Source: Bifidobacterium breve (lineage in GTDB: Bacteria > Actinomycetota > Acidimicrobiia > IMCC26256 > PALSA-555). From it: a DNA stretch of 33,876 nucleotides. The notes below the pieces were generated by a model, which saw only the letters and a list, made by a program, of their open reading frames with translations, was not told where the DNA came from and made no database searches. Position numbers and translations under genes: made by a program. The DNA lies in assembly GCA_945889545.1 (NCBI GenBank), contig CAMDCC010000002.1:1-33876 (forward strand), in the 5' to 3' direction. Positions 27,071 through 33,876 of the stretch are shown in pieces; position 1 is the first letter of the stretch, and each line of letters begins with the position of its first letter.

Positions 27071-27676
27071 ATGACGACGTTCGTGCTTGCCACAGCAAAT
27101 CCCGACAAGGCCGCCGAGATCCAAGCCGTTCTGGCAGACGTTGGAGCGCCGGTCACGCTGCGCCCGCGTGACCCTTCACTCCCCGAAGTCGAAGAGACGG
27201 GCCTGACGCTCGAGGACAACGCGCGACTCAAGGCGATCGACGTGTGCCAACACACGGGTCTGCCTGCGATCGCGGACGACACCGGACTTGAGGTTGACGC
27301 GCTCGATGGCGCGCCGGGTGTGCGCTCCGCCCGCTTCGCCGGCGAGAACGCCTCCTATGCCGACAACGTGCACCTGTTGCTGGAGCGCTTGCACGCCGTT
27401 CCCGAGGCGCGGAGGGGGGCGCGCTTCGCGACGGTTGCCATCGCGCGGTGGCCCGATGGGACCGAGGTGACGGCGCTCGGAACCGTCGAGGGGGTCATCG
27501 CTCCCGCACCTCGCGGCGACGGCGGGTTCGGGTACGACCCGGTCTTCGTGCCGGTGGAGGGCGACGGGAGAACGTTTGCCGAGATGGATCCAACTGAGAA
27601 GCACGCGTGTTCGCATCGCGGTCGTGCGTTCCGTACGCTCGCTGAGGGGCTACGCGCCCATTCGGAGATCACCTGA
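27071..27676 (+). CDS. rdgB: dITP/XTP pyrophosphatase (RdgB/HAM1 family)
   Basis: FVLATANPDKAAEI, EETGLTLEDNARLKA, ADDTGLEVDALDGAPGVRSARFAG, GFGYDPVF, SHRGRAF. Confidence 0.94.
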   Translation: MTTFVLATANPDKAAEIQAVLADVGAPVTLRPRDPSLPEVEETGLTLEDNARLKAIDVCQHTGLPAIADDTGLEVDALDGAPGVRSARFAGENASYADNVHLLLERLHAVPEARRGARFATVAIARWPDGTEVTALGTVEGVIAPAPRGDGGFGYDPVFVPVEGDGRTFAEMDPTEKHACSHRGRAFRTLAEGLRAHSEIT

Positions 27677-28233
27677 TGGCAGTCATCGACATCGCCGGCT
27701 TCGTCGCCGACCTCAAAGACCACGCGGTCGAACATGGCTTCCATGTGCACGACGAACGGCACTTCGTGGAGAGCTATTCGTTGCGCCAGACCTGGGAGGT
27801 CGACGCCCACCCCGAGGAAGGCTGCGAGGGTCCAATCGATCTGTACCTGTCGCTTGAGATCGATCCTCGGGTGCTGCTCGGCTTCGAGGATGCCGTGATC
27901 TCTCGTCCCGACGGTGACGACCCGCCGGACGAATATCGGTTCCCGCTGAACTTCACGTGGGGCCTCCCGCCATTGCCGCACGGTCCCGACCTGTTGGTCG
28001 TTGCGACCGAGCTCGCGGGCATCGGTGGGCCGGATCTACCGCTCGAGGTGTCGGCGATCGACTCGATCCCGGCGGCGACCGAAGCCACGGAGCGCTCCCT
28101 GCGCGTCGTGGCGCACCAGAACGTCTCGCTGTTGCGCATCCGCGACGGTGATGCGGTGTCGTGCGACCTGCTCGACCGATGCCTGGGTGTGAGCCGCTTC
28201 CTGCTCGAAGCTGCCGAAGGCTGGCTTGCATAG
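27676..28233 (+). CDS. Hypothetical acidic protein (185 aa)
   Basis: ATG shares one base with the rdgB TGA (TGATG). Coding-like third-position GC. No recognisable motif. Confidence 0.6.
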   Translation: MAVIDIAGFVADLKDHAVEHGFHVHDERHFVESYSLRQTWEVDAHPEEGCEGPIDLYLSLEIDPRVLLGFEDAVISRPDGDDPPDEYRFPLNFTWGLPPLPHGPDLLVVATELAGIGGPDLPLEVSAIDSIPAATEATERSLRVVAHQNVSLLRIRDGDAVSCDLLDRCLGVSRFLLEAAEGWLA

Positions 28234-28288
28234 CGGGAGCTCAGACTCGGATCGTCGGCGATCATCGGAGTTGAGGCGTGCCCGATTC

Positions 28289-29605
28289 TCAGACGAGGCT
28301 GGTTGCCCCGAACAGCTCGGCTCGGCCTCGGCCCTGATCCTTCGCCTCGTAGAGCGCCGCGTCGGCGTCGCGCAAGAGTGAATCGATCGTGACTCGGTCA
28401 CCGGCGCCGATCGCGATCCCCACGCTGACCCCGACCCGCGTGGTTACCGATCCGAGCGTGATCGGCTCGGAGACCGCAGCGATGAGCCGACCGGCGAGGT
28501 CGAGCATCTCCGGTCGTCCGGCAGGGTGCTCGCACAGCACGATGAACTCGTCCCCACCAAAGCGCGAGAGAACGTCGCTTCGCCGCACGCAGGTCCGAAG
28601 GCGTCCCGCCACCTCGCGCAGCAACTCGTCGCCGGCCGCGTGTCCCCATGTGTCGTTAACCCGCTTGAAGCGGTCGAGGTCGAGGAACAGTACGGCGACG
28701 AGCGTCCCGTCGCGATGAGCTCTGGCGAGGGCCTGTTCGCCAAGCTCTTGGAAGAAAGCGCGATTCGAGAGGCGCGTCAGTGGGTCGTGGGTCGCCTGAT
28801 GGGCTAGCTGCTCTTGGGCTTCTCGAAGCTCGGTCACGTCTTCGACGGAGACATCGACCCACTCGGGCTCGCCAGCTGCGTTGGGAACGAGTGCCACGGT
28901 CGCGCGCACGCGACGGAGAGTGGCGTCGAAGCGGCGGAGATCGCGCTCGATGACCGCGTGGTCGACGCGTCCCTCGAGGAGCAGTGTGAGCTCCATGCCG
29001 CGATCTGCTGCGTTCGCCTCGACCAGGAGGGCGTCCGCCTTCATGCCGACGAGCGCCTCAGCCGGGAATCCAGTCAGCTCACAGAAGCTGCGGTTGACTC
29101 GTACCAGTCGGCCGTCGAGGGATGCCAGCGCCCGCCCAATGGGGGAATGCTCGAACGCGACCTCGAAGCGCTGTCGCTCGGCTTGCGCGCGAACATGCTG
29201 GACAGCACGGTCGGTCACGTCACGAGCGACGATGATCATGCCGCGCACCGACGGGTCGTCGAGCTGATTGTTCCCGAGCAATTCCACCACGCGGCGCTCG
29301 CCGGCTGGTGTCGGAACCCGAAGTGTGACTGGCAGCTGGAGCCCAGGTCCGCGCGCCGCCGCATTTCCGAGCGCCTCGACTGCGAGCCCGTGCTCATCCG
29401 GGTCGATCAGCTCGATCGCGTTCGTGCCGATGAGGTTGCGAATGCTGCGGCCGACGAGGACCTGAGCCGCAGCATTCGCAAAGGTCACCGTCCCCATCTC
29501 GTCGATGACGAGCAAGGCGTCGGGGAGCCCCTCGACGAGCGCGTCCGCCCGGAAACCCTCGTCGTGGGCCGGTGTCGGGGCGAGCTGCGTGTCCGGAGGA
29601 GGCAC
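28289..29605 (-). CDS. Diguanylate cyclase, PAS-PAS-GGDEF
   Basis: C-terminal RFGGDEFIVL active site with an RRSD I-site 5 residues upstream. Two PAS-like segments. ORF extends to 29896, but the GTG at 29605 has a GGAGA SD 6 nt upstream and avoids antisense overlap with the 29720..30052 gene. Confidence 0.85.
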   Translation of the reverse strand: MPPPDTQLAPTPAHDEGFRADALVEGLPDALLVIDEMGTVTFANAAAQVLVGRSIRNLIGTNAIELIDPDEHGLAVEALGNAAARGPGLQLPVTLRVPTPAGERRVVELLGNNQLDDPSVRGMIIVARDVTDRAVQHVRAQAERQRFEVAFEHSPIGRALASLDGRLVRVNRSFCELTGFPAEALVGMKADALLVEANAADRGMELTLLLEGRVDHAVIERDLRRFDATLRRVRATVALVPNAAGEPEWVDVSVEDVTELREAQEQLAHQATHDPLTRLSNRAFFQELGEQALARAHRDGTLVAVLFLDLDRFKRVNDTWGHAAGDELLREVAGRLRTCVRRSDVLSRFGGDEFIVLCEHPAGRPEMLDLAGRLIAAVSEPITLGSVTTRVGVSVGIAIGAGDRVTIDSLLRDADAALYEAKDQGRGRAELFGATSLV

Positions 29606-29719
29606 GTCGGATCTCCATTGGAGGGAGTTCTTGGGGGTGGTTCTCTCCCAGTTCGCGTCGGCGTTTTGGGCCGCCGACCTGAGCGGGAATCTGCCCGCGG
29701 TCAGAATGGGTCCGTGCCC

Positions 29720-30052
29720 ATGCGAACCAACTGCCGCCACTACGAGAGCCGTACCTATGCCGAGGGGGAGGTGGTGCGGAAGTGCCGTCTCGACCGTGCT
29801 CCTGAGGCGCCCTGGCGTTGCCCAGACGACTGCCCGTTCTTCGAGGTGCGACGGATGGATGCTGGCTGGCACTACGGGAGCCTCACGACCGCGCACGCGG
29901 CCCCCGAACCAGAGCCAGAGGGCACCGACGTCTCGGCGCTGCTCGACGAGGCGGAGAGCATCGTGAACGCCGCGGCCCCCGAAGCGATCGCCGAGCTCGC
30001 CGCCGCCAAGAGCAAGAAGCGCTTCGGCAAACGAAAGAAGAAGAACAAGTAG
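29720..30052 (+). CDS. Small Cys4 protein with polybasic C-terminal tail (hypothetical, 110 aa)
   Basis: C-terminal 110 codons of ORF 28814..30052. Strong G/C third-position bias. Cys pattern C5-x16-C22-x11-C34-x3-C38-P. Tail AAAKSKKRFGKRKKKNK. Confidence 0.65.
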   Translation: MRTNCRHYESRTYAEGEVVRKCRLDRAPEAPWRCPDDCPFFEVRRMDAGWHYGSLTTAHAAPEPEPEGTDVSALLDEAESIVNAAAPEAIAELAAAKSKKRFGKRKKKNK

Positions 30053-30060
30053 TGGTCTTG

Positions 30061-30144
30061 TGCGAGCGGAGGGACTCGAACCCTCAAGCCCCGAAGGGCA
30101 CCGGGACCTAAACCCGACGCGTCTGCCAGTTCCGCCACGCTCGC
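30061..30144 (-). tRNA. tRNA-Leu (anticodon UAG)
   Basis: Minus strand: GCGAGCG-UG-GCGGAACUGGCAGACGC-G-UCGGG-UUUAGGU-CCCGG-long variable arm UGCCCUUCGGGGCUU-GAGGG-UUCGAGU-CCCUC-CGCUCGC-A. 84 nt, CCA not encoded. Layout parallels E. coli tRNA-Leu. Confidence 0.92.
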
Positions 30145-30200
30145 GAGCCGCTCAGTCTCCCACGTCGACCGATCTGGGCGTGACGGGTATCGTGCGCCGC

Positions 30201-30599
30201 ATGGGCAAGCAGATTCCGATCGTCGACTACCTCGTGCTGGGTGACGCGCCACATCTCACGGCACACGAGTGCAAGGAGTGCAAGGCGTTGTACTTCGATC
30301 GCCGCAATGCGTGCGCGCAGTGCGGTGCTCGAACGTTCGGATCGAGAGATCTCGCCACGTCGGGTGTGGTTCGCTCGTTCTCGATCATCCATCAGGCGGC
30401 ACCGGGCGTACCGGTCCCGTACGTGTCGTCCATCGTCGACCTCGACGGTGGGGGGTCGGTGAAGGCGAACCTCACGAAGGTTGAGCCCGATCCGGAGCAC
30501 GTGACGCTCGGCATGAAGGTGGGGCTGGCCACGTTCGTCGCCGGCACCGATGACGACGGCACCGAGGCGATCGCATTCGCCTTCGAGCCCGTCGCATAG
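30201..30599 (+). CDS. Zn-ribbon/OB-fold protein (DUF35 family, thiolase partner)
   Basis: ORF 30060..30599 trimmed to the ATG at 30201 (upstream part is antisense to tRNA-Leu). Rubredoxin-like CKECK...CAQCG, then an OB-fold segment. Directly precedes a thiolase. Confidence 0.85.
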   Translation: MGKQIPIVDYLVLGDAPHLTAHECKECKALYFDRRNACAQCGARTFGSRDLATSGVVRSFSIIHQAAPGVPVPYVSSIVDLDGGGSVKANLTKVEPDPEHVTLGMKVGLATFVAGTDDDGTEAIAFAFEPVA

Positions 30600-30621
30600 C
30601 GAAGAGACTGGGAGCAAGAAG

Positions 30622-31827
30622 ATGGCGGAATCGGTATGGGTGCTCGGCGCGTCGATGACCAAGATCGCGCGCTACCCCGACAAGGACGTGATCGACCTCG
30701 CTTCTGAGGCCGCGTTGAACGCGCTCGACGACGGCGGTGTCGCCATGCGCGACATGCAGGTCATGGGCATGGGCAACATGTTCCAGGCGATGGCCGGTCT
30801 CGGTCAGAGCGTGCAGCAGCAGATCGGCCAGACCGGCATTCCCGTGTACAACGTGGTCAGCGCGTGCGCGACCGGCGCGGTTGCCGTGCGCACCGTGTTC
30901 CTGTCGATCATGGCCGGCGAGGCCGACATGGGAATCGCTATCGGCGCGGAGCAGATGGGCAAGATGGGCCTGCTCGGCCCCGGTGGGTCGGCCAAGTCCG
31001 AGAAGAACGTGTACGAGCCGTCGGGGCGCTACGGGTCGGTGATTGGTGCCGAAGGCATCCTTGGCACCACGCTCATGCCCGGCGTGTTCGCGCAAGCAGG
31101 CATGGAGTACGCGTACGAGCACGACGGCGTCGGCTTCGACCAGTTCGCCAAGGTGGCCGAGAAGAATCACGCGCATTCGGTGTTGAACCCGCTCGCGCAG
31201 TATCAGAAGGCGTTCTCCTTCGAGGAGATCAAGGAAGCGCGAATGATCGCGTACCCAAACACGCTGCCGATGTGCTGCCCGTCTGGCGATGGCGCTGCGG
31301 CCGTGGTGCTCGTATCCGACTCAAAGCTCAAGACGCTCTCCAAGGAGCAGCAGCGACGGGCGGTGAAGATCGGTGCGTCGGTGCTCACCTCCGACCCGTA
31401 CGCCGAGCGCGCCCAGGTGCAGCCCGACGTGAACACGCTCACTCGTAACGCCGCCAAGATTGCGTACGAAAAGGCGGGCATCGGCCCCGATGAGCTTGAC
31501 CTGGTCGAGCTCCACGACTGCTTCGCCACCGCCGAGCTCCTGCACTACGACAACCTCGGACTCTGTGAGCCCGGCGGCGCCGGCGCATTCATCGACTCCG
31601 GTGCGCCGTGGCGCGACGGCAAGACGCCGGTGAACGTGTCGGGCGGTCTGCTCTCGAAGGGTCATCCGATCGGCATGACCGGAGCTGCCGGTGTGTTCGA
31701 GATCACCACGCAGCTGCGGGGCGAAGCGGGCGACCGTCAGATCGAAGGCGCGAAGGTCGGCATGGCCCACGTCATCGGCCTCGGTTCGTCGTGCGCGATC
31801 CACATCCTCGAGAAGGCCGCGGCGTAA
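30622..31827 (+). CDS. Thiolase-fold protein, SCP-x/lipid-transfer type (acetyl-CoA acetyltransferase family)
   Basis: ORF 30550..31827 trimmed to the ATG at 30622 (MAESVWVLGASMTKIARY), with GGGAG upstream. Nucleophile context NVVSACATGAVA, GHPIGMTGA, C-terminal GLGSSC. Confidence 0.9.
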   Translation: MAESVWVLGASMTKIARYPDKDVIDLASEAALNALDDGGVAMRDMQVMGMGNMFQAMAGLGQSVQQQIGQTGIPVYNVVSACATGAVAVRTVFLSIMAGEADMGIAIGAEQMGKMGLLGPGGSAKSEKNVYEPSGRYGSVIGAEGILGTTLMPGVFAQAGMEYAYEHDGVGFDQFAKVAEKNHAHSVLNPLAQYQKAFSFEEIKEARMIAYPNTLPMCCPSGDGAAAVVLVSDSKLKTLSKEQQRRAVKIGASVLTSDPYAERAQVQPDVNTLTRNAAKIAYEKAGIGPDELDLVELHDCFATAELLHYDNLGLCEPGGAGAFIDSGAPWRDGKTPVNVSGGLLSKGHPIGMTGAAGVFEITTQLRGEAGDRQIEGAKVGMAHVIGLGSSCAIHILEKAAA

Positions 31828-31848
31828 CGTCACAACGGGGAGGCACAT

Positions 31849-32439
31849 ATGCGGGCTCGACTTGGGTTCATGGGCGCTGTGATCATTGCGGCGCTGATCG
31901 TCGCGTCCGTGCCGGTATCGGCCGGCGGCAGGCCGCGGGGCGGTAATTACAGGTGTCTCGAAGGTGGAGAGCCTGGGGAGACTTTTGTCAGTCACGACGT
32001 CGACGATCTTGTGAAGTGGCTGGATAACCTCTCTGCCATACAGACAACGAGCCTGTTGAAGATCACTTCCAGCACATACGGGCTTACGTTCGCAGACCGC
32101 CAGATCAGTGTTTTTCAATCCGCCACATCCATCAACCAGATTCTCGACGAAGACGAAGCGCAGTTTGCTCCCCGCATCGCGGGCGACCTCGTCGCCTCTG
32201 CCGTTGGCTCCTACCGCATCCGAGCTTCGACCATCGTGATCACCGACGTCACCGAAGACATCGGGAGTGCCCAGATATCGGTTGGAGGCGCCCCAGGCGC
32301 ACGTAACGACGTGAACCTTTTTCCGTCTGGAAGGGGGCGGCTTCGATTCACGTGTCGAGGGGCCACGCTCACCCTCTTCGATTCCTCGGGCGACCACCTC
32401 AAGCTGACGCGGCAGCCGATTCCGGCTAGCGCTCCGTAA
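31849..32439 (+). CDS. Hypothetical secreted protein (ORFan-like, atypical composition)
   Basis: GGGGAGG SD 7 nt upstream of the ATG. N-terminal signal-like MRARLGFMGAVIIAALIVASVPVSA. Two Cys only. Many A/T-ending codons in the central part. Confidence 0.6.
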   Translation: MRARLGFMGAVIIAALIVASVPVSAGGRPRGGNYRCLEGGEPGETFVSHDVDDLVKWLDNLSAIQTTSLLKITSSTYGLTFADRQISVFQSATSINQILDEDEAQFAPRIAGDLVASAVGSYRIRASTIVITDVTEDIGSAQISVGGAPGARNDVNLFPSGRGRLRFTCRGATLTLFDSSGDHLKLTRQPIPASAP

Positions 32440-32444
32440 ACCCT

Positions 32445-33047
32445 TCAGCTCACGGTCGAGGTGAGGATCTCGCCGTTTGATGTGGTTTCGACGTTGCCGC
32501 TCCGGCGCGGGCCAGTGATCGAGAGCCGGATCACCACCCGTCCATCGAGCGACGTCGATCGCCCGATGTAGAGGTAGGTCGCGAGCGCTTCTTCGATGCG
32601 GATCGGCCGCGCGGTTTCGAGCTCGCGTTCCGCGGCTCGAACAGTGTCGGGGAGCCGCGCGAGGTTCACCGCTGTCGTGGGGTAGAGCGACGCGTCGACT
32701 ACCTCTTGAGGTCCCGACAGGTGCACGGGCTCCGGCGCGCTCACCTCGCCGTCGCGCCAGGTGTAGCTATCGATGTGATCGGGCACTTTGGGGTCTTGGG
32801 CCTCGACGATCATGTACTCGGGATAGATCGTGATGTCGGTGACCTGCGCCGGCGAGATGCCCACCTGCTGCTCGATGTCTTCCAGCGCCCCTTGCGCCGC
32901 GCCGCGATCGTGCAACAGGTCGACGGGGAGATCGGTGTTGTCGGGCGTGGGGATCGTGTCGGTCGAGGTGGTCGTCGTGCATGCCGCGAGTCCGAAGGTG
33001 ATCAACGCAACGGCGATCAGCACTCGGTGATTCATACGGCTGTTCAT
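32445..33047 (-). CDS. Putative lipoprotein (hypothetical)
   Basis: Signal peptide plus lipobox ...VALITFGLAAC followed by a Thr-rich linker. The ATG at 33047 forms an ATGA overlap with the SDR stop. Alternative starts at 33059 or 33035. Confidence 0.7.
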   Translation of the reverse strand: MNSRMNHRVLIAVALITFGLAACTTTTSTDTIPTPDNTDLPVDLLHDRGAAQGALEDIEQQVGISPAQVTDITIYPEYMIVEAQDPKVPDHIDSYTWRDGEVSAPEPVHLSGPQEVVDASLYPTTAVNLARLPDTVRAAERELETARPIRIEEALATYLYIGRSTSLDGRVVIRLSITGPRRSGNVETTSNGEILTSTVS

Positions 33048-33820
33048 ACCGCGGTCCATCCGCCGTCCACCGGGAGCACGGTGCCGGTCACGAAGCTGCT
33101 CGCGTCGGACGCGAAGAACAGCAGCGCGCCGTCGAGCTCGTGTTCCTCACCGCCGCGTCCCATCGGCGTTCGTTGGAACATCCAACGTTCCGAGCGCTCG
33201 TCGCCGAACATCGACCCTTCGGTCATCTCGGAACGGAACCATCCCGGAGCGAGGGTATTCACGCGGATGCCCTTCCGGGCCCATTGAGCCGCGAGCTCGC
33301 GCGTCAGGCTCACGAGGCCGCCCTTCGACGCGGCGTAGCCCGCGTCGGGGATCTGGCCGATGCCGCCCATCGCCCAGACCGACGCGATGTTCACGATGGA
33401 TCCACTTCGGCCGGCGTCGATCATCGTGCGGGCAGTGAGCGCCGAGAGCGCGAAGGGCGCCACGAGGTTGATTTGGAGCTCGTGACGGAACTCGTCGACC
33501 GTCTCTTCGGTCGCGGCCTTCACGAGGTTGACGCCGGCGTTGTTCACCAGCACGTCGATGTGGCCGTGGCGGGCGATCGCGGCGTCGACGATCGTCGCCG
33601 GTGAGTCGGGATCACTCAGGTCGCAGGGCACGGCGAGCGCGTCGCGCAGCTCTGACGCGAGCGCTTCGAGGCGGTCGCGTCGGCGGGCCACCAGCACGAG
33701 CGATGCGCCGGCCGCGTCGAGGATGCGGGCAAACCGAGCGCCAAGTCCGGCGCTGGCGCCCGTCAGGATGACGACACGGTCGTCGAGGCGGAAGGGTGCG
33801 AGCGGGTCGATCGGTGTCAT
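33044..33820 (-). CDS. SDR family oxidoreductase (FabG-like)
   Basis: VILTGASAGLG (TGxxxGxG), NNAG, catalytic YAASKGG (YxxxK). 258 aa. Confidence 0.92.
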   Translation of the reverse strand: MTPIDPLAPFRLDDRVVILTGASAGLGARFARILDAAGASLVLVARRRDRLEALASELRDALAVPCDLSDPDSPATIVDAAIARHGHIDVLVNNAGVNLVKAATEETVDEFRHELQINLVAPFALSALTARTMIDAGRSGSIVNIASVWAMGGIGQIPDAGYAASKGGLVSLTRELAAQWARKGIRVNTLAPGWFRSEMTEGSMFGDERSERWMFQRTPMGRGGEEHELDGALLFFASDASSFVTGTVLPVDGGWTAV

Positions 33821-33845
33821 AGGAGGTCGGTCGGTGTCATAGGAG
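33806..33845. repeat. 20-bp tandem duplication spanning the SDR start codon
   Basis: gtcgatcggtgtcataggag (33806-33825) / gtcggtcggtgtcataggag (33826-33845), 19/20 identical. Each copy contains CAT (ATG on the minus strand). Confidence 0.85.
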
Positions 33846-33846
33846 T

Positions 33847-33876
33847 TGGTACGCCCCCGGGGACTCGAACCCCGAA
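33847..33876 (-). tRNA. tRNA, 3' portion only (identity undetermined; runs off the window)
   Basis: Minus strand reads ...CGGGG-UUCGAGU-CCCCG-GGGGCGU-A-CCA: T-arm, acceptor 3' strand, discriminator and encoded CCA. The anticodon lies outside the window. Confidence 0.75.

Noticed and set aside
24189-27124. Minus-strand ORFs 24189..25136, 24607..25695 and 25601..27124 (315-507 aa)
   Set aside because: They are antisense to sua5, murI, the MBL gene and rph, all of which carry canonical catalytic motifs. Their compositions are Arg/Pro/Ala-biased.
28814-29719. N-terminal 302 codons of ORF 28814..30052
   Set aside because: It is antisense to the PAS-GGDEF gene and has no motifs. Only the last 110 codons (from the ATG at 29720) look like an independent gene.
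30060-30200. N-terminal extension of the DUF35 ORF starting at the GTG at 30060
   Set aside because: This stretch is the reverse complement of tRNA-Leu. DUF35 homology and a sensible start begin at the ATG at 30201.

Overview
This is a densely packed, high-GC (roughly 65-70% by eye) actinobacterial-type chromosomal backbone. I call 37 protein-coding genes, one tmRNA (ssrA, invisible in the ORF track), one complete tRNA-Leu(UAG) and the 3' end of another tRNA at the right edge. Left to right: 1-Cys peroxiredoxin, MFS transporter, SRAP (YedK-like) protein, mycothiol-type DinB/maleylpyruvate-isomerase family protein, small membrane desaturase, F420-type LLM oxidoreductase coupled to a TesB-like thioesterase, a hypothetical, a DrrAB-like ABC-2 exporter, an NADP-dependent MDR reductase, two divergent amidohydrolases, YqgE, VOC, an M48-like protein with a destroyed HExxH, a P450, and smpB-ssrA. 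A ~10.6 kb co-directional run follows: Gfo/Idh/MocA, nitronate-monooxygenase-like, CoxL-type Mo-hydroxylase large subunit, mec, cysO, cysM, sua5, murI, MBL, rph, rdgB, hypothetical. Its mec..rdgB part mirrors the M. tuberculosis Rv1334-Rv1341 neighbourhood as I recall it. The window ends with a PAS-PAS-GGDEF cyclase, a Cys4/polybasic small protein, tRNA-Leu, a DUF35 + SCP-x-type thiolase pair, a secreted ORFan with a local low-GC trough, a lipoprotein and an SDR. I see no transposase, integrase, phage, CRISPR, toxin-antitoxin or recognisable defence genes, and no convincing novel multi-gene system. The observations worth follow-up are individually modest and are listed separately. Many long ORFs in the six-frame track are GC-driven shadow frames and are rejected. 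All motif matches and GC estimates were done by eye, with no database search.
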